From Ostrea edulis (Eukaryota), in assembly GCF_947568905.1 (NCBI RefSeq), contig NC_079172.1, positions 69,874,001 to 69,938,000 on the forward strand: DNA of 64,000 bases. The letters run 5' to 3'. This document shows positions 14,341 to 25,400 of this stretch, one piece after another. The notes beneath the pieces were generated by a model that saw only the letters and a list, made by a program, of their open reading frames with translations, did not search any database and had not been told where the DNA came from. Both the position numbers and the translations under genes were made by a program. Numbering within the stretch: the stretch's first letter is position 1; every line of letters begins with the position of its first letter.

Positions 14341-15049
14341 TAGAGACGAAGGAAAGTCAAATCAGACGGCAACTAAATATAGTTCTATATCTTTTGTACG
14401 AAAATTAACAGGTCGAATTATCAATACAATCAGAGAGAAGGAAATCAAGTCGTATCTACCAGAGCACGAAAATTCATAGAAAGACTTGATAATACAATTG
14501 GGAACAGAAGAAAGTTCATTTGAACCAGAAAAGGTCGCGTTACGGTCACGCATTGTGGAACACAATGCATAAAACTATTGTCTAAAAATATGTTTAAAAT
14601 GCAAGTTTTTATGGGAAATATCTCCGTCTCTCTATCAACCAAGTTTGTCTGCAGGAGCTCAGCAAATCTTAAAACAGATACTTTTGTAATTAAAAAGAAA
14701 TCGGGTTAAACAATCAGAGGTGAAGCCGCCATGAAACAGCGCTAACAGGGTCCGTGGAATTACCGGAAACACCGTAAACACCAGGTAATTCCCGAAAACA
14801 CCAAAAAAGTACCGAAAACACCAATGTATTATCAAAAAACACCTCTAGGATGATAATTCATGCCTGTAAATACATATATCCGAAGTGACATTCATATTGA
14901 AGGAGAATTGAATGAGCTATGGCTAATTTTATATCTTGTATTTAGGACTGCATTTATCGGCGCCATTGACGTCTATGAAGCTTCAGTCCCAGACTGGTGT
15001 ACTGCAGGGTGGGAAGATAACCTCGAAGCCAAGTAGTAATTAAATACTT

Positions 15050-15873
15050 TATTATGGTTATGTCTTCACAAGAGGTAAAAGACTGAAATTGAATATAAAT
15101 CACAAATAAATTCCTACACAGAAAATTCCTGATTTAGAAAAATCACTTATTACTCATAAATTTAAAACGTGGAAAATGGTCAAGTTTGGACTTAAGCGCT
15201 GATTCTACAAGCTCTGGTGACCCATAGCGTTCATCTAGTTGCTCCCAGATCCGCTTGAAGCCTTTCTGTTGGTATGCAGCATTTGCAGAACGAATGATTG
15301 ACGCAAACTGCTAGACTCCGGTCCCAGGTACTTTAACAATAGGTCGATTTCCTCAAAGGGCGTAACTCCTAATTCTCGAGTAACACTTAGAAAACTTGTT
15401 TTCCAAGTTGCAAAGACTTCAGGTCGATCTGCGAATTTGTAAAATCTGATCAACAAAAGGTCTTTCTTCATCAAGAACTTGGTAAGATCTCCAACAACAC
15501 TGTCATTACGAGTATGGGCTGTTTTAAAGGGAGCAGCATTAGGATTCAGGGAACTATTTTGTATATTTAGATCAAAATGTCTTGTAGGGTATTCAGTCTC
15601 TGAATTTTCACGCACTTCAGCATTCATCACACTATTCTCAGGACAGCTTTCGTAAACATACTTTGTTGTAAGTTGTCTTCTATCAACAGGTGCTCCCAGC
15701 AGTGACGGTTCCGGGGAAACATGTCTGCAATACATTCCAGTATTTTCAAGCGCTTTGACTCCAGCCTCGGCAACTGCGAACTTACGTTCCTGTTCCAGTA
15801 ATAGAAATTCAGCATCCAACTCCTCATTTTGTCGAGCCTGTTCTGCTTCATGTTTGGCCTCTCTTTCTTCCAA
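15050..15873 (-). mobile_element. BEL/Pao LTR retrotransposon gag fragment
   Basis: ORF 15235-15873 has a coiled-coil stretch followed by KFADRPEVFATWKTSFLSVTRELGVTPFEEIDLLLKYLG, matching the DUF1759 (BEL/Pao gag) pattern. No LTR pair or pol was seen. Confidence 0.75.
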
Positions 15874-16865
15874 TGACGCCTTATAATTTATGGATAATTT
15901 TCATCAGATCATTAATTTATAGCAACTTCTTTGTACACATCAATTCTGTATTTTTGTGTCTTGTAATAAAAGTCAGTTTAACGATTCCAATATTCAATTC
16001 CTCACTTTATTATTTAGCGACCTACCCACTGCACGATTTAAGAAATGGGGAACTGAGACAGTTTGAGCGGATGAAAACTACACACATACACCCATCCTCA
16101 CATGTACACAATTTAAGGTTTTCATAATTGAACAATTCAAGCACCATTTTTTGTTGTTATCTTATTGCTTGTCAAGAATTTTACACAAATTAACCGACAA
16201 CATACCCTTTCTGATACATTTTTAAAAAAAAATGTAACGTTACCACGTGGCTTTATAAACTTCACTCTGCAGTTTGGTCATACTTTGCCATTCAATAACT
16301 TTTTTTAAAATAAAAAAATATTTGTTGGGTTAGCGGGACCATCCACAGCAGGGTGCTATAACAATGACCTGTGTATAAATCTAGGTTTTCTTATCAGTTG
16401 TAACGGACATCGTTTTTTGCACCTTAGGCCTACTTGTACTTCCTACGACATATTATTCACGTGTATTGTTATATGTATGTTGAAATGCATTGATTTTATA
16501 TCCTCAAAATTGTATCTGTATGTCTACTCACCCTCTACTGTCTTATTTGTATATATTTGTAAATATTTTGTATTTATAACCGATGAGCGGTATAGCTTAA
16601 GGAAATCTGAATATAGGTACTTCTCTCATGACCCCGTATTTTTGTACAGTGGATTTCTTCAATTAGGGATCAATGTATAAAAAAAATGCTGTATATTATA
16701 TTTCTATATCCAATGACACATCAATGAAAACATAAAGAACGAGAGAATAATTATTAATGATCACAAAATCAACGATAATGACTTTAAGCCGAGTTAATGT
16801 CATCCGGTTTTTGTTGTTGTTTTTTTTGGACGTCCGTAACTGCTGTTACCGATATCACTTTGACC

Positions 16866-16998
16866 CAGTCTGAGTGAAAATCAGACCCCATACTCATTAT
16901 CATATCAACGATATCATAATGAGTATAGGGTCTGATTTTAATCAGACTGCACTTTGATAATGAGTATAGGGTCTGATTTTAATCGGACTGCACTTTGA
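16866..16998. repeat. ~34-bp-arm hairpin plus a tandem copy of the right arm
   Basis: CAGTCTGAGTGAAAATCAGACCCCATACTCATTAT (16866-16900) pairs with ATAATGAGTATAGGGTCTGATTTTAATCAGACTG (16916-16949). The right arm is repeated at 16957-16990. Confidence 0.85.
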
Positions 16999-19900
16999 CC
17001 TCCAGTGATCACGTCGAATATCACTTTTTGAAATGTAAATCGTAGTAACAGTAGTAGATTCTTTGTTATCAAACACTTTAGAAAACAATTTATTTGGAAG
17101 AGTCACTTCTAAGTCATCAATTTTTGATTGGTTTGTTAAAAAAAAGTTCTTAAACGTCGTTGCTTTGTCAAAATTGTTTTCGTAAACATTACCATTAACT
17201 TCTAAGGGAGGTAAGTCATGACTGGTTTGAGTGTTTGATATCTTATTCACCATATTCCACCACTTTTTTAAAATCATTACACTCAGATATATTGTTTGAA
17301 ACCTTTTTGTAATAGTCGTCGCGAGCTTTACGCACGTTGCAAATACAATGATTTCTAATTTTCTTAAATTCTGACCATTTACTACGAATGAGTGTTCTAA
17401 TTGTGTTATTTAACCAGGGGGGATCTGATTTTTTTATTGTCACCATTTTATTACGAATATTGATTTTTGCATGTTTGATAATGGTTTCGTTAAATCTTTT
17501 TACATTAGTGTCGATATTAGTATCGGCTAATAATTCTTCCCAATCAACTAAATTTAGGCTTTCTCTATATACATCGTAATTTCCTTGGCTGATTAACCAT
17601 ATTTCACGTTTAAAAGATGACAGACTTGATTATACTGGCTGATCAGGGCATAAACAGGACAATGATAACGAATATTCTGATCAAGAAAACAACCACCAAG
17701 ATAAACTTTTCTAGAATACTATCATCACTAACTATAATGACATCTAGAAGGGTAGAAGAGTCTTCCGTGAAATGTGTTGGTTCGTCGATTAATTGGGTCA
17801 TATTGTACATGTTTATCATACTGGTAAGTTGATCGGATTGATTATTATTGGTCAGTAAATTTGCGTTAAAATCGCCCATGATTATGATTTTGCTAATTTT
17901 GGTGTTAAAAGCCAAATCTATAGAGTATTCAATGTCATTCCATAAAGATACGGGCGAGTTAGGCGGTCGATAAAAGGTTCCATACAAATAAGTTTGACCA
18001 AACACACTTGACCGTGGTCAATTCAAGATCAGTTCGGTGTTTTGCGAAAGTGAATCTATTCGGGTCAAATGATTGTTTGGTGTGTCTGTTGATGTATTAG
18101 ATAATGAACATGTGACAGATTGCAGGGAGGTAGGTGCTGGATTAGTTTCGATGTCACCTGATCGGAGAAGTAAAAAATACCAGAAATTTGGAAGTCTTGC
18201 AGAAATACGAAAACATGCATTATCTGATGTAATTGTTTTGTTAAAAAGGAAACAGTTAAGTGAATTTTCATCGTAATGGACGTTAGATGTGCCAAGTTCA
18301 CTGTTTATAAGAATGAATATGACAACTGTTAGACAGTTTATTCCGTATTGTAAGACTAAATTGATACTAACAAAATCAAACAAGTTTAATAAAGATTTTG
18401 GAAGTATAGCAATACGATAAAATACACCCACGCTGGCCCGAAACGTAGAGGTGTCTACACCCATTGATCAGGTTATACCTGGATTATGATAGATTTCAGA
18501 TGTATACCTTGGGGTCAGGTGGGGTATGTACGTCTACACCCATTGATCAGGTTATACCTGGATTATGATAGATTTCAGATGTATACCGTGGGGTCAGGTG
18601 GGGTATGTACGTCTACACCCATTGATCAGGTTATACCTGGATTATGATAGATTTCAGATGTATACCGTGGGGTCAGGTGGGGTATGTACGTCTACACCCA
18701 TTGATCAGGTTATACCTGGATTATGATAGATTTCAGATGTATACCTTGGGGTCAGGTGGGGTATGTACGTCTACACCCATTGATCAGGTTAGACCTGGAT
18801 TATGATAGATTTCAGATGTCAGGTGGGGTCAGGTGGGGTATGTACGTCTACACCCATTGATCAGGTTATACCTGGATTATGATAGATTTCAGGTGTATAC
18901 CTTGGGGTCAGGTGGGGTATGTACGTCTACACCCATTGATCAGGTTAGACCTGGATTATGATAGATTTCAGATGTCAGGTGGGGTCAGGTGGGGTATGTA
19001 CGTCTACACCCATTGATCAGGTTATACCTGGATTATGATAGATTTCAGATGTCAGGTGGGGTCAGGTGGGGTATGTACGTCTACACCCATTGATCAGGTT
19101 AGACCTGGATTATGATAGATTTCAGATGTCAGGTGGGGTATGGGAATGAAGGAAATGGTGGTAACCGTTAATAGGGACATTTGATCTGCGTGTGGTAAAA
19201 ACATGCTATGAACATCTCTGTCAAAAAAATAAGAGAAAATGCAAATAAACAACAAATATGTACATAGGAAAACGGAAATTGGGATCATTCCTAATGATAT
19301 GGGTGCAAAATATTGTGGAAAGGGTGAAAGATACTGGTAAGGTGTTTACGCTAATTAACACTAACCAATGGGATATAGGTATTTATCGCTAGATGCAATG
19401 ACAATATAATATAGTTATTATAAATGTTTGTATAGATGAATTAACAAAGAACATGAGTTGTCAGACATTATCAGCTGGTATGAATAGAGCATTATGCATA
19501 CTAGGCAGTGCACGATGTATGAATAACAACAGTAGTCTATGTAGAGCCACTCTAGCTCTTTCATCACGTGACCAAAGGGGATCAGGTCCGACTCCTTCCG
19601 GACCGCGTAAGTCCTATCCCCATTGTCACGGACGTTGATCTTTCCATTTGATGACCATGCCTGCTTTAACTTGTGTTCTCGACAGACCTGCCTACACAGG
19701 TAGAGAAGACGATCACGATATTTGGTCAGATCTTCATTAATTGCGATGTGCCTAGTTTCAGTTTGCTTACGCAGCTTCTTTGCGTCCTTCATCAATGAAA
19801 ACTTCACATCAGTAGTGCGAAGTCTGACAATAATTTGTCTCGGTGAATTCCTTTGTTTCCGAGGATCGCCAACGCGGTGGGACGTAACAATATCGGTGGG

Positions 19901-20020
19901 TGCAAGTGGAACTCCCGCGGATGATGTAACTTTAAGAAGTTTTTCAGTATAGTTGATTCATCGGATGATTCAGATATTCCGGAAACCCGGATGGTGAGCG
20001 TTTGACGCCTTTTATAGTCA
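16990..20020 (-). mobile_element. CR1/Crack-type LINE: ORF1 + inter-ORF array + APE part of ORF2; RT missing
   Basis: ORF1 (~19550-20010) reads IRVSGISES, SHRVG..PRQIIVRL, INEDLT, WSSNGKINV (L1-like RRM/CTD). ORF2 (~17000-18330) reads LLLRSGDIETNPAP, GTFYRPPNS, IMGDFNA, PTHFTEDSSTLLDVI, DPPWLN. It is frameshifted and 3'-truncated. Confidence 0.8.
18453..19141. repeat. 79-bp minisatellite, ~8.7 copies, between LINE ORF1 and ORF2
   Basis: Unit GTCTACACCCATTGATCAGGTTATACCTGGATTATGATAGATTTCAGATGTATACCTTGGGGTCAGGTGGGGTATGTAC; period 18453->18532. Confidence 0.95.
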
Positions 20021-22183
20021 TGTGACTTTAGACCAGGGTTGGATTTTTCATATTGTCCAGTGGGTTTGATGTGTTCAGACGTTTGAGTTTTAGTTATAGT
20101 TGAAGCTATTTCGCCATCAGGGTATGTTGGGTTTTTCTTTGTTGTTATGGAAGCAATAGCATCGCAATTGGTGCTCTTTAAAATTATATTGCTAATTTCT
20201 AACAAAGTGCATGTTTAACTTTTATTGCAGTTGCACCAAAGAAGCTTTGATTTATAGTACACTTTGCATTTGATAAATATCAAGCCTAAAGTCCATAACT
20301 TTGGTAAGTTATACTACAATGTATTTAGACTCTTTAAGCAATATAAAAGTCAACTAAAACTTTTGACTTTACACTTTACACTGGGTGTAATAATAATAAC
20401 TCCGGTTTCGTGGGTTTTATCTTTATTGTGGTGATGATTGTTGCATGACCCTGAAAATGAATACAATAACAATAACTCTGCATAAGAAGTTTTACAATCA
20501 AGGTCCTTATCAAAATATTAAAAGAGAGGTTAAAATACATAGAAATTATGAATTACAATAATTTCTTGAATCAATAATCTTTCCCTAAGCTTAGCATGAA
20601 TAAGCTTATCATAGTAAAGAGTTTATGATATACACAAACTGAATAAATTCTAAACAATAGATAATTCATGCTAAACTGCTAAAGTACATGAATTGAACAA
20701 AACGAAAACTGACTATAAATGCTTTAACAATTTGCTTGTGAAATACTGAATTTATAGTAAAACATCTCTACAATTAACCTTACCTCCCATGAGGTGCAAA
20801 GGTCAGTGCAAACATTAAGAAATCCTCCTACTTTATAGAATGTGTTGATGTTCTAACTATAATAAAATAGGTATTTACTGTAGAGTTATAATTTATTGCA
20901 TGAATGAATATTTACTCTTACGTATTTATAAAGTGTAATACATTCATTCTCTCCTTTAAAAGTTAAACACATTAATTTGAATCTTATTTAATTATATATC
21001 AATTATTTACAGCATTCGTGCAAACTTGCAAAGATCATTCACTCCTCATATTGTCTATCATTCAAACATTCACTCAGACAAGATAAAGTAGTGAAAATAA
21101 AGAAATAGTGCATCCTAACTTTAATACTAACCTGCTCAAATACAATAAATCTGCATCCAATAAATCAATCCACTAGTAAAGAACAAACTACTATATGAAA
21201 CTTTTATCGAACAACCCTTCTGTGCCACTTAAGCATGAAAACAAGAATACCTGTCCTCAAAAGAAATTTCCCTCCTAAAAACCATGTGACCAAGCTAGAG
21301 TGATCTATAAATAGTAACAATTATCCTAAAGAAAAACCTGTTCTGCATAGTAAGCAGTAAAATTTAATAAGTAATGAAATAACAAGACAAACACAAGTCA
21401 TAGTTATAATAATGATTTCAATTAGATAAAACTTTATTCTCATATCAAATTTCAAAACTCTGTAAAGAAATTGAATTAAAGCAATTTATTTTCAAAAAAT
21501 AAAATCCCTGAAATAAAGTATTAAAAACATGTAAAATTCACTCTATTACAATAATATAAATAATTTGTTTTTAAACTTAATATTTTTCTCATTTATTAAA
21601 TATGAATAATTAGGTTCGGGGAATCACTTTTTATAAAATTGTGATTAAAGTGCTTGAATATCATTCATTGATATAGCTTTGTGCTAAGTTTCAAATGATT
21701 CAACATATGTATATATAACATGTACAAAATGTATATAATTATGCATTTGACGTGATGTACATTTTCATGTCATTTTGATATGCAACTGACTAGCTGTTTG
21801 TTACAGGGGATTTCAATGTATACTATTTATTGTGCAATTAACTTAAGATCGGTCTTGCCTTTTACAGACAGCATCCATCGACGGAGACTGTAGGTCTTCT
21901 AGATCTTAATCTATAAATAAGGTATCAAACATTTCACTTGCTATCAACCTCCAACTAGACCTAATATCGTCCAAAAAGTAAATATCTCTCTAACAAATGT
22001 TTGCTTTGATACAGAGTACAAACAAAGTCTTGTGTTGGCCTGTTATCAACTCTGAGTTTATCAGTTTTCCGTTTAAATGACAAAAGTCATTTTATTCTTT
22101 CCGGCAACGCTTTTAAGTTGTGAATTATCCTTGGGCATTTATAATGTGGCCTATTTCATTTCATGCCGGTATATAACAGACCA

Positions 22184-22406
22184 TTTCGCGCTTTATATAT
22201 AGAATAGAATAGATTTATTGAAACCAATTTATGTATATATGTAAGGAGGAGAGAGGGTGTGGTTTGTAATTCATTTTATTTATGAGTACATGTATTAATC
22301 AACCGCCTTTGAGAATTAAATACATTGTGGGAAATCTCATTCATGAATCTATACGAATATTAATGGAACGACATGTCCAGATTCCACGTGATCAATTATT
22401 CCCGCC
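22184..22406 (+). promoter_or_regulatory. Candidate E2F sites and E-box upstream of MCMBP
   Basis: TTTCGCGC at 22184-22191, CACGTG at 22385-22390, and TTCCCGCC at 22399-22406 (40 nt before the ATG). MCMBP/ETG1 is a known E2F target. Confidence 0.5.
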
Positions 22407-22445
22407 ATAATTCACCATTGTAAACAAAGAACGTGAAAGAAAACC

Positions 22446-25400
22446 ATGCCTGGTGTCGAGGATTGGACCACAAACCCATTAGGGATCGTACAGAGTATTT
22501 ATGGTAGACCCACTATGTTGTAAAATGCCGTTGTTTATGAATGTTATGTAAAATACCAATGTCTGACCACTGGCACAGATTGACAGAAGTTAGAAATGAT
22601 TTATTAGTGACATATCTTATACAAGTTATAGTGAATTTTTTTAGGATTATGACTTGATGAGAATAAGTTTTTCCACAGGGGCTAAGCCCGTTTGGGCTCG
22701 AACTCTGTGATACCATAAAATGGCATAAATATATGAATTTAAATAGAGTGAATTATGATCGAAGTTCATTTTCATGCATTACACATGTACTTCTGACTCT
22801 CAACTACTGATAAACTTTTCACAAAATTGTTTGGAGACTTCTTTACATAAAAAAGCATTTGTCCAATCGGACAAGTGCCCATCAATATTCACTTGTCCGA
22901 AATGTTTTTCCACTGGTAGCGGACAAGTGTAAATGTTGACCCCTGGATTCGCTGTCTAGGACTCGGGGAAAGCCTCGTCCTAGACTTCGAATCTTGCCCC
23001 CTCGGTGGAATTTTCCTATCCCACACTCGTACTAATGAAGGATTCTATTAGTCTTGCATTAAAACTATTTTTTGCATGCATAGAATAAACAACACGACAA
23101 ACTCCGGATACATTCGCATATTCTCAGTTTCTTCCATAAAAAAGACCGGATGTAAACAAAGTAAGAATATTTGCTCATGGAAACAACAATCGTTTCTGTT
23201 TGAAAGATAATTCAAATTCATCAATGAAAAATAAAGTTGTTTTTTTTCAAAATATTGATCTTATATTTTTCAAATCTGTGTACAAAATGATCAGCGCAAT
23301 TTATGCACTCTTTTCTTCCACGTAGATTCAATTCATGTGTTCTCGGCATGGCTTCGTTTTGAGGCCTCGACTGACAGTAAACTAATAGATGGGGTCAGAT
23401 GACCCTGTCTAAAAATGGAACCGAATTTGACTCGAACAACACGACCCGCAGTTGCAGCCCCTATACAGCGTATTTACTAATTATGCATTTCTGTTACAGA
23501 TAAACATGGACCAGCTAGTTCAGAGAAGGTTAGGGAATATTTCCTCAGCAAGACGGAATCAGAGACAGCGCGACTTTGGGTAAGATCACATGATTTGAAA
23601 GTTTGAAGACTATCTGCTGTGGTGTAAGGTATTTTAGAGATGGAGGAGGAGGGGGGTCATAAAAATAAATGAAAATAATCTGTTTTGGTCCCCTCACCAG
23701 AATACAACCTCTATAGACATATTTTAGGAAAGCAAAGTAGATCTTCTCCACATTGATATATATTTGAATTGAATTGAAATATGATTGATTATAGAATATT
23801 GTTTAATGTCCCTCTAGAGAATCTTTCACTGATATGGAGACATCACCATTGCCGGTGTAGGACTGGATCAATATATCGATTATCAACATACCTCGGTATT
23901 TTTGAGCTATACGATAACCGATACAGCGAGTCGCATATCGTTTAATATATTAAAAGTGGTTATTAACATATCTTGCAGCGAGATTTCATGAACGAGTTAA
24001 CAAATAAATTGAAAATATACGAACAAACTATCTAAATGTCATTTGCTCCATGACTGCATACAACACAAACATGTGTCAAAAGTGTGCGCGTGGTGACAAT
24101 ACAGTGGTCTCAGTTTTCAAATATTACATATCTGTAGCTTAAAAAACCCAAAGTGTAACGTTTGTGGAACAGAGGTCGTAAGCTCTGGTGGTACAAGTAA
24201 TTTAACAACACATTTGCAATGACATCATGAAGCTAACTGTCAGAGAGAAATCTATCGATGAATGATGTATGTAATGATCAGAGTTGAACGTGATCTGCAG
24301 TCGCATTTGTATGAAGAAATATATGAACAAATAAATGAAGTTATAATTCATTTGTGAATATTCATCCTGAAAATAATTTCCTCTGCTGCCTTAAGACTTA
24401 GAGCGAGAGATATTGTATCAGCAACTAGGGTTTGTTTAAAGCCAGAGAATGTGGATGCCCTTGATTTCATGAAGAGAAAAATATGTTAACAATATTGATA
24501 AAAGCAAATAGATAATAATTTCATGCACAATTGTCTTTTATGATAGATTAATTCAAGCTAACACTATATATGCAAATGAAACAAAAAGAATAAGTGAAGC
24601 TATATTTTTGTTATTTTTTAATTCTCAAAATTAAGTGTAAATGTACTTATATTATATCGTCAATGCGTATTGCATATTGTCACTCTGTATTGCAACACGT
24701 ATCATATCGAAATTTTCCAAACGATACCCAGGCCTGTGTTTTTGCAGTTTCATCATCGCCTCTTATCACAAGCTATAGAGCTATGAGAGTCACAGGCCAT
24801 TTAGAAGGTTGTTAATGTAAAATAGAATATTTCTTTGGTATACAGTAAAACTCGAATATAGCGAACACGGATATAGCGAAATTACAGCTATAGTGAAGTG
24901 AAAACAATTTCCCTGGCAAATTCTTTATATATTCTGTATAAAAATCTGCGTTTATAACGAACACGGATATAACGAATTTACGGATATAACGAAGTAAATT
25001 CCTATTCCCTTTGAATTAAAAATGAACGTAAAAATCACCTTTTATAACGAATATCTTTTTTTCATTTTAAACATGCGATTTTTAAAAATGGTTTTCCATT
25101 GCCATAAAGGATCCACACTTATTACGAAATTTCTGTTTGTATTTTTTCAAAAAAGGTTGTTAACGCAAAACAATACTTACACATATGTTTAGCAAATATA
25201 TTGTCGGTATTGTTTACTATTCTTGTTAATCAAATTTGAAATTTGATTGCATTTATTTTATCGTACACTCCTTTATTTGTGTAAAAGAACAAGTAAATGA
25301 CAACTGCAATAGACTGTTTGTACATGTATGTATTGCGCATACTTTTGTTAACATTTTTCTCTCGACATGTTCTTTAGTGACTTAATAATCAATCAAGATA

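Noticed and set aside
16400-16680. TGTAAC-starting segment as the BEL/Pao LTR
   Set aside because: No second copy, PBS or TSD was found.
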